Origin: Chrysomallon squamiferum
Lineage: Eukaryota > Animalia > Mollusca
Direction of reading: 5' to 3'
Assembly (NCBI GenBank): GCA_012295275.1
Contig: CM022679.1
Coordinates: forward strand, 6,634,001-6,698,000
DNA length: 64,000 bases
Shown here piece after piece: positions 38,801-53,500 of this stretch (positions are counted from its first letter, which is position 1; each line of letters begins with the position of its first letter). The notes under the pieces are model-generated. The model saw nothing but the letters and a program-made list of their open reading frames with translations, was not told where the DNA came from and ran no database searches. The position numbers and the translations under genes are program-made.

Positions 38801-39243
38801 TATATTAAATCAAATCTTTCTTTGAAAACATTTACCATAAGAATACGTTTGACATATGTATAAAAAAAAACTTTAACTGTCATGAAAAAGCAATGATATG
38901 CTCAGAGACAAAATGCAAACAAAAAGTTACGGCCCGGGAAGTAGATTAAAATTATAGTCATAAAATGAATTCTATGTCACTTGTTAACTGCTGTTATAAC
39001 TGTCAAAAGTTAACAACGAACTAGTTCTGTACCTCAATTATTAGCACTAATAATTTGTTCACTGGTTATATAATTATATCTGTTTGTCTGTCGTCTGGCA
39101 ATTTGTCTCTATATATGTCTTTGTTAATTTGTATATTTAATACAACAAACTCCAATTTAAAAGTGGCATAATATTTTTATTTAAACTTCAATAACTCATT
39201 AACTGTTTCCATAATTTAGTTTCACAATTCATTTTCCCTTAGT

Positions 39244-39900
39244 TCTAGCAGCTAACATGCAAAAGTTCTCCGATGTGATCAGAGTATTTCATATCTGTGC
39301 TATTGTGGCTGGTCAAATCGACTTTCAGAAATTCGAATACTGGAATCAGTAGTGCGGCACTTTCATTTTCCATGGTGTCAGTGCCAAAGTGGTTCCACAT
39401 TTCTAGAATACATAGCCCTTCTATTCAGATGTTGGTGATCTAGTCCATCAGTAATGACCATTTTCACCGTGGACTGATCGGCAGTTATGTTAACGTAAAG
39501 GTCCTCGACTTGTCCAGCACAATCATCGGAAGGGCTGACATTTTTTCACATCATCGTTTTTAGAATATTCTGATATTGTCCTACTTTTTGCTTACGACAT
39601 ATACACTTAGTGTAATGGAATAAACAGCCTCTCAAGTGCTAGAAAAATATCCACCACACACTTCCTTGGGTGCTAAAGAAAATGTCCCATCTAAAGATAA
39701 ATTAGCATCACCCAACAGTCGTGAACAAGGTGCAGAATATGGTCTCTTCCGTCCATATGTGTCCGCTCATCTTTCAGGTTGATTTTCTGTCTTGTTTGTA
39801 GTAGTCGAGGAAATGTTTTTATCGCATTGTCAGAATTCTACCAACACTATAGGCACAGCATCGTGGATCTTCCGCAGTTTGGATATTTCATCACATTAAA
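39244..39900 (-). mobile_element. Decayed Mutator-like (MULE) transposase remnant (tentative)
   Basis: GC-richer island. Broken minus-strand frames give FPRLLQTRQKINLKDERT, LDGTFSLAP and MWNHFGT, in the order I recall for animal MULE transposases. Confidence 0.4.
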
Positions 39901-40502
39901 TCTTCGGAATTGTTATTGTTGTTGTTATTAGATTAATCAATTTATTAAAAACAATCAAATAACATTTGATAAAACAGAGATTATGTAAACAAATCTATAT
40001 ATGTCTCTATCAATAAAGATTTCTACTAATATTTTAAGATTAGGTCTGCTATGTTCGTTTGTTTAGAAATATGCCCAGCACATGTATTAAAATTGATTAT
40101 ATTATTCCATGTTCATGTTATCACATATCACAACTCATAGTTGTATCAGTAACTCTTTTTTATTATTATTTTGAAGTAAGTTTTATGCACATGGAAAATA
40201 GCTAAAAAGATATGGTAAGAATTTATTCTTTGCAGTTTAAATATTAATTAACTAGACGTTAAATATGTTTGCAATGGAAATAAATCTTTTTTTTTTTTAA
40301 ATTTGAAATCAATCAAATCCACTAATTAAAACTAAACACACATACTTCCTTAATAAAACTAAACCTGCGATATAGAGACGTCATTCTGTAAGTAATGAAT
40401 TCATGAATATACTCATAACTACAATATAAGACGGCTGTAATTATGAGGCCGATATAAAATTAATATAGGATTAGCTACTGGGCCTCTGCTAAATTGAAAC
40501 TT

Positions 40503-40576
40503 TATTATATTATATTATATTATATTATATTATATTATATTATATTATATTACATTACATTATATTATATTATATT
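40503..40576. repeat. (TATAT)n pentanucleotide microsatellite next to an acceptor site
   Basis: Directly visible. Confidence 0.9.
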
Positions 40577-40587
40577 GTTTTTTACAG

Positions 40588-40624
40588 ACAGATGCTCTGA
40601 CAACAAATGTTGATTGTCAACCAG
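40588..40624 (+). CDS. uif: Gene B exon: start of C-type lectin domain
   Basis: [12 protein letters not shown], joining DWTNIG in phase 1. Confidence 0.7.
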
Positions 40625-43600
40625 GTGAAGGTTTTTTTTTTTTTTTAAAAAAAATATATAATTAGACCTCTTAAATGATAGTAAAATATTTAGAAGTATT
40701 TTTGAATATTAGTAACTGGATAAAAGTCAACGAACTCCATTTTACATTCTAAATGTTCAGAAACGTCTCGAATACCATTGAAGATTTTTATTAATGCGTT
40801 CCTTGCCGTAATAGTACACTGAAATTATTTGCTTTCACTTTGATTATAAAATTAAATAAATATAGGCAGACCTTTCTGTTGATCATACCTTCTGTTTTTG
40901 TTGTGATGGGAGAGATGTCTTCGGGGGGAAAAGAAAGAAAAAGAAGACATGAATTCTAAGAATTGACAGAGGTGTCCCCAAAAAACTATACCGTCGTCCG
41001 AATCAGTTAAATATCATAAACCAAAAATATAAACGCACAGCTTTGCCCAGTGTGAATTTTTACATCAAAAGATAAAGAAATATTTTAATTATATATTTAG
41101 ATAATAATGATTAAAAGTATCTCAGTTTTCATTTTCATTCTTGACAAAAAATTTTGTTTTACAGACTGGACAAATATAGGAGTACAGTGTTACAGACTCT
41201 TTACATCTTTATCACCATGGGAAAGTGCAGCAAAAGTATGCAAGAGGTAAGAAAGGAAACTGTTTTCTTTACCTCTGTGATCCTTTGGAGATATCTATGT
41301 CAAATCCGTTTGATTTGCAAAAAGTGAATTTGATTAATATGCCACAGGGTGTAACCAGAATAAATTCCTACTGACACACTGACATATCTTACAAGTTGTA
41401 GCTATTTTCCAAAAAATGTTTTATTTATATCAATATGTTTTAGGTTTGTGCAGGATATTACAAATGTTTTACAATATTTTACAATGAAATTATTAATCAT
41501 TTTGTTGTTGCAAGAATTCAGATATACTTAATTTAATTTGCATGACAATGTCTTAAAATTCCTCAACCATCTTCACACACACACACACACATACACACGG
41601 ATACATACATACACACATATACCTATATCTATAGATTTTTTTCTGAATATGATCAGATTTAATTATAATTTTTTATGTTTTTACTAATATAAATGAAATA
41701 GATTTTTAAATATAAAACAAATTTGAAAAATGGTAGCAGTATTGTGGTGCAGTATTGTGGTGTACTTTTGTTGTAGTTTCTTTAATTTATTATTATTATT
41801 TGTTTTTTCTCTACTCTAGCTATGGATCTGAACTGGCAACAGTTACTGATTATTATGAAACTGAAGATGTTGGCAAGTTTGCTGACTCAAAAGGAAAGAC
41901 TAAATTCTGGATTGGTAATTACATTAACTATAACAGCTTATTCTGCTATTTCATCTGGAGTTCTGGAGGATATTGTAAATTTTATATATATCGGGTTTTT
42001 ATTTCTCATTCACTAATATATACATGTCAAGTTATTAATCAGTAAACAGAAAAATACACTCATGAGTGTAAAACATAAAAAAATTGTGTCATTATAATTT
42101 GTTTTGTGCTTTATTTGTTTATTGTTTTATTAATCTTGTAAATCTATAATTATATCAAACTATGGTTAACAATCCGTACTTCCACCAAAATCATAAAATT
42201 AAAATGTTTCTTTTGATACCTAATTAAATACATTTTTGGGTTTGTATCTTGAATTATCATTTTATTTTATTTTATTTATTTTATTTTATTTTATTTTATT
42301 TTATTTTTATTTATTCATTATTGTTATTATTATTTCAGTACAGTCTTTTTATTTGTTTAAGTTTTCATTTTTAGGAGATTTTCTTATTAATAGATTTTTA
42401 AAAAATTACTGTATTAAAGAGTTGCACATAAAAGTCATGCTGTTTTAATTTTGAAAATGGCTAAAGATTTGGGGTTTTGAAACTATAACAAGTATTTTAT
42501 TACTTTTTGTTTTAATAGGATTAACCAGAGTTCGTTATGATGGTGAGTGTTTATAAAATAGCTGCATGCAGATAACAAAATTGAAAAAAATCATACACTA
42601 CAAGTGTTGGATTTAGATTGTGATTCAGACAATAATTATCAAAATATTTTCTCTTAAAATTTACAATGTCACTAGTTATAAAGATTCAAATAAAATACAT
42701 TTAAAAAAAGTATTTAATTTTAATTATGTTTTAAATTATTATTAATGTTGTTGTTGTTGTTGTTATTATTATTATTGATGTATGTGAAGATAAGATGAAG
42801 ATAAATAGATTACCAAAATGAAAAAATTCTTATTGCACAAAATGTATGACAACATATTTTATATTCTCAGTCTTATTTATTTCTATCTTAACAATGTAGA
42901 ATTTGTAGTATAATAAGTAATCATTTGTTATAATAGATAACTATTTCATCATCAAATTATAGATATAGAATGCATTTATCAATATTCAAACTCCATTTTA
43001 AATATACCAAAAACAGTTTTATATGGATCTGATTTTCATTATTTAGTAAGAAATCCAATATTTGTACAAATTTAATTTTACAAGATACTTATCCTGGTTA
43101 TAAAAGATTATGATACTAAATATATATTTAAATTATTACTATGTTGGGTTTTTATTTCATTTTATTTAATTTGCTGTTTTAGTTCTAATTAAAAAATCCA
43201 AAGTGTTCTTAAATTTATGATTATTGTATTTTGTGTTATAAAATGTTTGCATATATCTTTTGTGTTTGGTATAAAGATAGTGTTAACAAACATATACTAA
43301 ATATTTTGTAACTTAAAACTGAAAATGATGAAATGTTTTTTTTTTATTACAATTAGCCCTTCATATGTATAGGTGATATAAGAGTGTTTTAAAATTGTTT
43401 TGAAATAGGTAATAACCATATTGGAGCTGATCCTGGTAATGAACAGGAAACATTTTGGAGCAATGGAGATAAAACAACTGTATTTTCTGGTTTCTGGAAG
43501 AACTTTCAGCCAGACAGTAGTAAGAAACAAGAGTGTGTGTACATTGAAAAACAGGGTGTCACTTACAAGTGGTCATTTACACAGTGTGAAACCAAACTCG

Positions 43601-46600
43601 GTTATCTCTGTCAAAGACCCGCTTGTCCTGAAGGTACTTTTTCATTGAACATCTGCTATCTTTCTATATATTGTAATAATTTTATATAAAATAGTACCTT
43701 TAAAATGTGGAAAAAAGTATCTATTACATATTTTGTTATAGTATGTCCACTAAAATGTCTTTTGTACTTACTTTTTACGGACTGTAAATTTTAACAAAAT
43801 GAAGACAAATTATTTACACTTAAATAACTATTTGAAACTTGAATAGATATTTCACAACTTCTGTATTATTGATTTAAATCACGAAAATGTTCATATTGTA
43901 GGAAGTTTCCACTGTTCAAATACACGCTGCATTAATAATAACTTGAAATGTGATGGAGAGGATGACTGCGGAGATTCATCAGATGAACTTGACTGTCGTA
44001 AGTTTGTTTTTACTTCTTTTTTAATAACATCTTAGATAATGGTATTTCAAAACTTCATTTATGTTTATCTAAAATTTTATATGATTTTCACTCTTATAAA
44101 CAAAAATATTAATTCATTGTGTGTAAGTGTGACTGAGCGAATCAATTTGTAAGATTTATTGTTATTATTATAATGTTATTTGTTTACTGTAAAATTATTT
44201 AATTTTATGTATTATTTAGCTTCTAAATGTTCCTATGTGATAAAACAAGACACTGGCAGATTTGTTTCACCAAACTATCCCAACAATTACTCTGATTCAG
44301 TCAACTGTTTGTGGATGTTTGAAGTGCAGACTGGATCTAATGTTGTTTTGCAGGTTAGTAAACAGCTTTTCTCATTACTAATGCTAATTAAATTCTTCTG
44401 AAAATCATACTGATCACATTCAGACATACAGAGTTAAAATTACATATGTTCAAATGAAATAGATACCATAATTTATTGATAAAAAAAGTTCAGTACTATA
44501 TTAATTATATATATATAAAAACATACAAAAAGAGAAAGTCAATAAAAATAAATAGATAAATCCACCAAAATCAAACAAGTAATAGGCTGTCTTCAAAAAG
44601 ATAATACTGATTTGAAAATCCCATATATGTTTAAAACTACACAAAAAACATATCAGATCTGTAGCACAAAGTGACTGAAGAACTAACTGGCTTTGTCACA
44701 CTGACACACACTGAATAAAACTTTGATTAATACTAATTATGATGTAGTTAGGAATTAACTGAAATACAGGATATAAAGCTAAATGAAATCCTTGGTTATT
44801 ATAAATTTATGATAAGGGGAAAATATTATAGTAGAAAAATTATTTAAAAAGAAATAAATCAATATTGTTTGATTATATCTACTAAACTTATGATAAGGGG
44901 AAAATATTATAGTAAAAAAGTTATTTAAAAAGAAATAAATCAATATTGTTTGATTATATCTACTATATAAGAGATTATATTTCATTTAAAAATACATTTA
45001 TAAAGACAAATTCAGATGTTCATTTATTTGAACTATACTTTAAAATGTAAAGTTACATTAAATTCACTACAAATTTTTTTTAATTTAGTGAACAATTACT
45101 GAAATGCAAATCATTTTAAATTGTATAAATTTCCTTTATAACAATGAATAATTTATTTGTAATATAGTGAGAAAATACATTAGATATACATGCCAGTTAA
45201 AATATGTAAAATGTTATGTAAGAGAAGAGTTTTGTGAACATTAGTTCTTTATTTTGTTTAAACATCTCAGTTCAGTAACATTGTTAATTATTGAAATAGA
45301 TTTCCAGTTATCTGTTTTATCAGACATAATAATTGACTTATTTCAGCTTCCTTTTTCCATTTAAAAACAAATAAAGTATTAATTAAGATACTAACAAATT
45401 GTCATATCTTACTTAGTTAAAGTATAATGAAATCTTTGTTTATTCACAGTTTCACAGTTTTGTCACAGAACAAAATGGTGACATTGTTGAAATTCTTGTT
45501 GGTGGCCAAACTGAATCCATGTCTCTTCTTGTCAAGAGCCTATCAGGTAATCAGAATGGAAAAAATCTAAAATTTGTTAGTTCCAACAACTTCCTGATTG
45601 TCAAGTTCACGTCTGATGCCTCAGTTGGAGCAGCAGGTTTTAATGCATCATTTTCTTCCAGTAAGTAGAAATACTCAAAAAACACAAAGTAGATTATTCT
45701 AATATTTAACATTTTTGTTTTATTTGTTTCGATTATTATTAGAATCATCTAATAAGAAATTGTAGAATGTAGTGTACAACACAAATTTGAATTAGTATTT
45801 TAACAGAAATAGTTACAAAAAATAAAAAATGTATCCATCTTTTTAGTATGTTAATTTCAATATTTTCCTGTAATTCTCAGCTGAAAATTGACATGATTTT
45901 TTTGAATTCTCGAGTTATGTTAAAAAAAATATTCTAAGTAAATTCTTAAAACAAATCTTTATAAATTGTAAAACTCAGTCAACTCACTGAAACATGTTGA
46001 TACTTACAGGAAAGGCAAACTTTCCAGACTACAAACAACTTACAGCTAGAGATGCACCACAGGAGATGACCTCACCATTTTATGACCAAGGCTGGAATTA
46101 CGTTGGCAGTCAGGACTATACCTGGATCATCACAGCTGAAAAGAAAACAAAGATTATAACTCTTGAGGTGAAATAAAATTTATCTTTAAAATGCAGTAAA
46201 TAAACTTACAGAACCCGACTGTGAATGTTCTCAGGCTTACTCTGCTGACCCTGCTTTGAGAAAATATTGAATTTTAAGTGTTTCATGTTGATGATTTCAG
46301 ATTTTTTGTTACCTTCATTCACTTTCTGCCTTTGTTCATCATCTTCACTTCTGAAATCAGCATAGTATAATTATTTTTCTTGTTTTGACTTCAGTAAAAA
46401 ATCTCTCATCTTAATTACTTGATGCTGATGAGAAAATGTCTTGGAAAGAATCATTCATCTGCAGATATTTTGTGCATTTTTCAGGTTGTTGAAGTGGATC
46501 TAAAAAACAATGACTTTGTGCTTGTTCGTGATGGGGACTCAGTGGCTGATAAACTGTTAGTAACTTTCAACAGTGACACAACAAATACACCATATATTTT

Positions 46601-47531
46601 TTCAACAAGCAACAAGATGTACATCACTATGCAAACTCGAAGTTACTGGACAGGAAAGGGCTTCAAATTCAATTATTTTCAAGGTATTTCATTTATTTCT
46701 GTGCAGTTGAAATGATTTTTCAGTATCTTTGATAGTTTGTTCTTCTTTAGGGTAAACAGGTCATATCACTAGATTAAAACTGATTTTAAATATGATTTTT
46801 TCTTCAAATATTTCTACCATTGAAAGGTTGAGGAGATAGATATATACACTTACTTACAAAAAGAGAGGGAGAGAGTGAGTGCCTCTGTTAAAAGTGATTT
46901 CTGTTTTTAATTTCTGTATGTGGAATAACTATTATTTTCTACGAAAAGAAATTTAAAATTATTTTTCTCTGTATTTAGGATGTACTGCTACTCTTACTAA
47001 AGATTATGGAAATATCTTCTCTCCTGGATATGGCATTGCCAATTATGCAGATAATCAAAAATGTACATGGAATATTAGCAGTGGAAAAGACTTGACATTC
47101 CTTGTTGAGGAATTTGACACCCAGGAAAATATAGATGTTCTTGAGGTAACTGATTATGATATCTGGAGAAAAAAGCTTGATTTGACAGATTCAAAATAAT
47201 ACAAGTGTTCATATAATTTGTAAAGTCATCAGAATTTTGTTCCTACAATTATATAATTTATTTATTTACAAATAAATTAATAGATTAATAAAATGAATAA
47301 TTATGTCAAGTGTGCAGTAAAACATAAAAAACTACAACATCAAAGACTTTTTATTAATATAAATAAATAAATTAAATACTTGATTATATTAACACAAAAA
47401 TTAAGTAAGATGTTTTTTATAACCTTTCATCATGTTAAAAATTGTCACCAGAAGTCTTCTTTGAGTATGGTTTGTGTATGTTTGTCTGTGTGTGTCTTCT
47501 TTGTCCTTGTGACTGTGTGTGTGTGTGTGTG

Positions 47532-47565
<34 letters not shown>

Positions 47566-50500
47566 TAAGTCCATATACAGATACTTAATGTTAAGTTAGA
47601 GAAATAAATGGTTGGAAAAACATCAATTTATTTTATTTCAGTCCTGGATTATGTAGCAGTTCTTTCTATTGAATGTCATTGTTTTGTGAAAATATTACAG
47701 AGTTTGAGAAGTAGATTTTGAGCCTAAGTTAACTGATTATATTGACAAATATCTCTTAACAGGTGATAAATTGTTATATGTTGACTAGATTATATCAAAG
47801 TTCTTTTGCTTTCTCAAGATTTATTACAATCACTTCATAATGTTAATGTGAGTAGTGAATATTATATATGGCAAGAAATCTATTAAATAAGAAAATACAC
47901 TTAAAAGTATGGATACTTTTTTATTAAATCTACAGGTAGCACATTTATTTTTTATTATTTTAGATTTATTTTACTGCTTGGACACCTGGTGCCACCAGAG
48001 TAAAACTAGAAACTTTGTCTGGCAAAGTCAGAGAATTTTCAAGTCCTTTCAGAAAAAATGGCATCTTTGAAATGACATTTAAAACAGATACTGCTAATAC
48101 TAGAAAAGGATTTTCTATCAAATATTCTAAAGGTAAATAAAGGTATTTTTGTAATGTTTTCATATTAATAATTTTACCTACATTTTTGAACTACTTACAT
48201 ATAAAATGATTTTTTAAATGTTTCAGATTTAATTTGTGTTTATGTTTCTGTATATGTATGTTTGTGTGACCATATGCATATGCATAAGGTTACATCTGTA
48301 TCTGTTTATATCTTAACTCAGTTGAGAAAGGGAGAAACAGGGAGGAATTGATTGTTAGATTTGGTAACAAAAATCATAAGCATAACTTATCGAAGTCATG
48401 ATTACATGAATGAATAAGTATAGCTAAAAGAATAATCATTTTAACAATCTTTATAATTTTGTTGTTTAATAGAAGTTTTTTTTTTTTTTTTTTTTAAAGA
48501 TTGCAAAAATCCAAATTTCAACAGCAAAACCATCCTGAAACCAGCCAATGCTAACTGGTGGTATGGTTCTAAATTTCAAGTTAGCTGTAAAGAAGGATAT
48601 CAGTTTACTTCAAAAGAGTTCCAGGATTCAACAGTCAAAGATAGATTTGTCAGTCTGTCTGTTGTTGAGATGGAGTGTTTGTATGGTGGAGAGTGGAACA
48701 CTCGCACTGTACCCAATTGTGAACGTAAGTTTTTATTGTATAAAATAAAATATTCTGTACATGAGAAAAAAATAATCACAAATTGGTTGGCTTATTTAAG
48801 TCATATTATTCCATGTAATTACAAGTGTTTGTAAAACATTTATCAACACTAACTTTACACAGTTATCAAAATTATAGTCTTGGATGAAACCATGAAGAAT
48901 TTTTTATACCATTTGATTTTGTAGATTGATTTTGATTTTAATCATAATAATCTGTTCAGTAATAAAATTATTCATCTGGGAAGGTGTACTTTTCTACTCT
49001 ATATCATTATCATGAAAAAAATGAAAAGTAAACATATATGATTTAAACTTGTGCTGAGGACATTTAAATGCAAAAAGATTGTAGCTATGTAACAATGACA
49101 GGTGCAACATAATTGACACGCTTAGTAATTGTAAGATTCATGTTTTTTACTGACGTGACCCTGAAATAATGTGAAAGTTGCAAATATTAAAGATTAGATG
49201 TTATTCTAATTTTTATATTTGCATTTAAAGATTAAGAAATTTAATGAAGAGAATTTCTATCATGTTAATATATTTTTACCTGCTTCATGTCGTATTATAG
49301 AAAGTAATTATTTTAACAGACTGACAAAGCATCATTATCATTGAGGTTGTTTTGGTATATTAAACAAATTAAAGCTACTTTGACAATGTTTTTAGCTGTG
49401 TTCTGTGGAAAAGCTCCCCCTGTAGAATACACCTACATTGTCACCTCTTACCCAAAGGGAGCACAAAGTAGTGTTTATGGAGGAGTTGTTTCCTACAGCT
49501 GTTATCCTGGTTTTACCATGACTGGCAGTGCTAACATTACATGTCTAGCAAATGGTACATTTGAATCTCAACCAACATGCAGTGGTAAGTTTAATCTAAA
49601 TGTTAACAGAATCTTTAATTTACATAAATCCTGTGTCTTATATTTTATTATTTTCTTTAATCTTTTGTGATCATTAGAATATTTGTTCTGACCCTCTGTT
49701 GATTTGAATTTGAACAGATTATTAATACTTAATATTTTCATTTTGTGTGTCTTATTTCTTTTTAAAACTATGTCATTGACAACAGTTTCAAAATACAGAA
49801 AGAAATCGGCATTAATTAAGGTTTACAAAATCAAGGCCAGTCATTTCATAGATGAAATACAGGTAGCATGAAAACAGACTGCTATGTGGACTGAATTTAC
49901 ATTTTGTGCTGGTATTGCCACTGGTACTGATATAGAGCAGGTTTTGTTTGATGTCAATAGATTGAGAATGTAACAAATGTTTTGATGTGACTTGTGTTGT
50001 GTCAGAGTCAGATATATGGAATTTCATCTTTGTTAAACTGTATGAAAATATACCAGCAAAAGATCAGAAATGACATACTCCAGGTTTTGTCATCTTTAGC
50101 AAATAATTTACTTAGAATGCATTTGTTTGTACATGGAAGATCATTATTTTTCTGACTTTTTTCTTAGGTCCAGGCACCTATTAAAGGAATTAATTTAACA
50201 TCTTATGTAAAAGTAAATTCTAATTATGAAGCCTTTCACTGATTTTTTTTTTAGTTGCATCCTGCCCATCATTACCTTCAACAGTACAGAATGGATACAA
50301 AAATATCACTGAAGGTGATGGTACTGCCTTTGGTTCCATTGTCAGATACTTTTGTAATGCAGGCTACCATGTGATAGGAACGGCCATTTTGTTTTGTGAG
50401 ACATCCAGCTCATGGTCTGCACCTCCACCAACCTGCAACAGTAAGTTTGCCTGATGTTTTAATAATGANNNNNNNNNNNNNNNNNNNNNNNNNNNNNNNN

Positions 50501-53500
50501 NNNNNNNNNNNNNNNNNNNNNNNNNNNNNNNNNNNNNNNNNNNNNNNNNNNNNNNNNNNNNNNNNNNNNNNNNNNNNNNNNNNNNNNNNNNNNNNNNNNN
50601 NNNNNNNNNNNNNNNNNNNNNNNNNNNNNNNNNNNNNNNNNNNNNNNNNNNNNNNNNNNNNNNNNNNNGTTGTGTCAGAGTCAGATATATGGAATTTCAT
50701 CTTTGTTAAACTGTATGAAAATATACCAGCAAAAGATCAGAAATGACATACTCCAGGTTTTGTCATCTTTAGCAAATAATTTACTTAGAATGCATTTGTT
50801 TGTACATGGAAGATCATTATTTTTCTGACTTTTTTCTTAGGTCCAGGCACCTATTAAAGGAATTAATTTAACATCTTATGTAAAAGTAAATTCTAATTAT
50901 GAAGCCTTTCACTGATTTTTTTTTTAGTTGCATCCTGCCCATCATTACCTTCAACAGTACAGAATGGATACAAAAATATCACTGAAGGTGATGGTACTGC
51001 CTTTGGTTCCATTGTCAGATACTTTTGTAATGCAGGCTACCATGTGATAGGAACGGCCATTTTGTTTTGTGAGACATCCAGCTCATGGTCTGCACCTCCA
51101 CCAACCTGCAACAGTAAGTTTGCCTGATGTTTTAATAATGAACATAGTGAAAATCTTATTGAAGCAACATTTCCTGTTTTCTTTCATCATCTTTCATCAT
51201 CTTCTTGTTAATCAGAATATTCAAGTAAACTAATCTACATTATGCTACAACAATTTACTTTTTGCTAACATCTTTTTTTTTTCTTTCTTTTTCTGTTTTT
51301 GTTCTTAATTACTTTCCAAGAGTCAGAAACAGTTTGGAATGAACAGTTTTAGAGTTGACTAGGTGTACTCTTTTAACAGTATGAAGTCTTCTTCACTTTG
51401 TTTTGTTATTTTTACTGGTTATTATTTCAATGAAAGCATAATATATTTAAAAATTTCATATTTTGGGGTACTGGAAGTGTAAATGTAATTAGAATTCAAT
51501 AATTATTGCAACAACAAGATTTATAGCTACAGAATGAAATATGTTTTACTTTGTGAAGTTTAGTGTTGGATTAAATACTAGGATTTTTCCTTTCAATAAA
51601 TGTGACAATTTACACATCTTTGAACTATTTCTCTATCATTAAAATGAGATTTTTAGCTTCCATAACTCCCAAATAAACAAATACATGTTAAACAAGTTAC
51701 ATCACTCTGATACATTGTTTATTCTGTTTCAAGGGTTTTCACTGACAAGATATTGCTATGAGAAGAGGAGAATATATAATAATTTGTGAAGGTTATGAAA
51801 CTTATCTAAGTTCATTACAGTTTGTCACAGCAATTATTCTAATATATCCTGAATAAGAATTGGAATTAAAGCTTGGTAAAATTTATCTCAAACTATGATT
51901 TTTTTTCAGGAACAACCTGCATTCTTCCATCAGTTAAAAATGGCTTTCTGGGAAATAATGACATTGTTTACTATGAAGGTAAAAAGATGGTTGAATGCAA
52001 ACCTGGATATGAATTTTCACCTGGTGTCACCTCTCAGACTCTGACCTGTCAGAGTAATCAAACATTCACTCCATCTGTTGACAGCATTTCATGTAAAGGT
52101 AAATGTGGTTTTGCATTTATCTTTTATTTGATATGGGAGAAAAATTAAAAAACAAATACATTGTCTGCATAATAAAGTAATACAAAATGATTTACTTATT
52201 TTATAAATATTTAGCTGACAAATATTTCCTAAATATTCACCGCTAACAGCTGAAATACACTACATCAAGATAAATACATCCTATGTCATTCTTGTTAAAA
52301 TCTCATTTCTCTGTAATTATAAATGTTTTATAACAAGTGATATTGTTATTTTGAATCTGCTAAGAAGTTCATTTCTTAGTCTGAACGCTCAACTCACAAA
52401 AGTCAGTCACAAAAGTTCATCAATATTTCATTTTGTGAAAAATGTATTGGTATAACAAAGTGAATTGCAAGTTATTAGTTTTTCTTGTACAAAACTTGTT
52501 TAAAATTGGAATGATTTTATTATGTTGCTCCATATATCAGTGATGGCTTCATTTTGCATAATGAGTGAAAACAAGTTTATTTGTTTAATTATCAGAATAA
52601 TTTATTTCCAGACATAGATGAATGTCCAGGTGATTGTAAACACAACTGTACAAATACAGATGGATCCTATTTTTGTTCCTGCAGGGATGGATACACTCTC
52701 AATCCAGACAACAAAACATGTGATGGTGATTATGTTTCTTTCATCTTTGTGTCTTCATCACAACACAGAGAAAAAGAACAGTTTAATAATTATTTTTTTT
52801 TTGAAAATATTTCAAGAACAAACATTTTATTTATATTTATGCACATTCAATAGTCATCAATAAAAATAAATAATCATCACTGACATATCTCTAACATGAA
52901 ATAATTGCTGCATATTTTCAGACACATAAATTATCAAAAACTGCAGCTTATTATCAGAATGTTTATTTTTTTATTTTTTGTTTTTTGTTATTAATATATT
53001 ATCTTAATACAATTAAATTACCAAATTTTGCAGAGCAGAAGTTGCTTCCAACAGTATTAAATTTCTAGACTGCTTTTGGATTTAAAATAAAAAATCAACC
53101 AGTTGTTCTTTTTCTTTTTCTGTGTGTGTGTATTATAACTTTATAACTGATATGCTGATATTTATATATTTTGTTTTTAAAACATTTAAAACATTATCTT
53201 GAATTCCGTATCATTTCATCTTGATTGAATAGTTCACTGGAGATTTCAGATATTTAATATTATTTATTTAAATTTAGAAACTTCAAAATTAAAATATTAA
53301 TATGAACACTTTTTCTGTTACAAATAATCAGATGTCAAGACTGTTATAATGTTTAATATTTGTATTATAAGATTCAGGATTTTGTTTCTCGTTTTGACAG
53401 ATATTAATGAATGTGCTGTACAAAATGGTGGATGCAGCCAGATATGTAAAAACAAAGATGGAGGATATGAATGTTCTTGTTCAGCCGGTTTCAGTCTTTT

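Larger units (their letters stand above)
49996..51141 (+). repeat. 473-bp direct duplication flanking the gap (49996-50468 = 50669-51141), a probable unmerged contig overlap
   Basis: Copies look identical by eye in both intron and exon, and both abut the N run exactly. Confidence 0.9.

Noticed and set aside
49996-51141. Apparent tandem duplicate Sushi exon (possible mutually exclusive exons)
   Set aside because: The copies look identical including intron and abut a round 200-N gap, the typical sign of an unmerged contig overlap.
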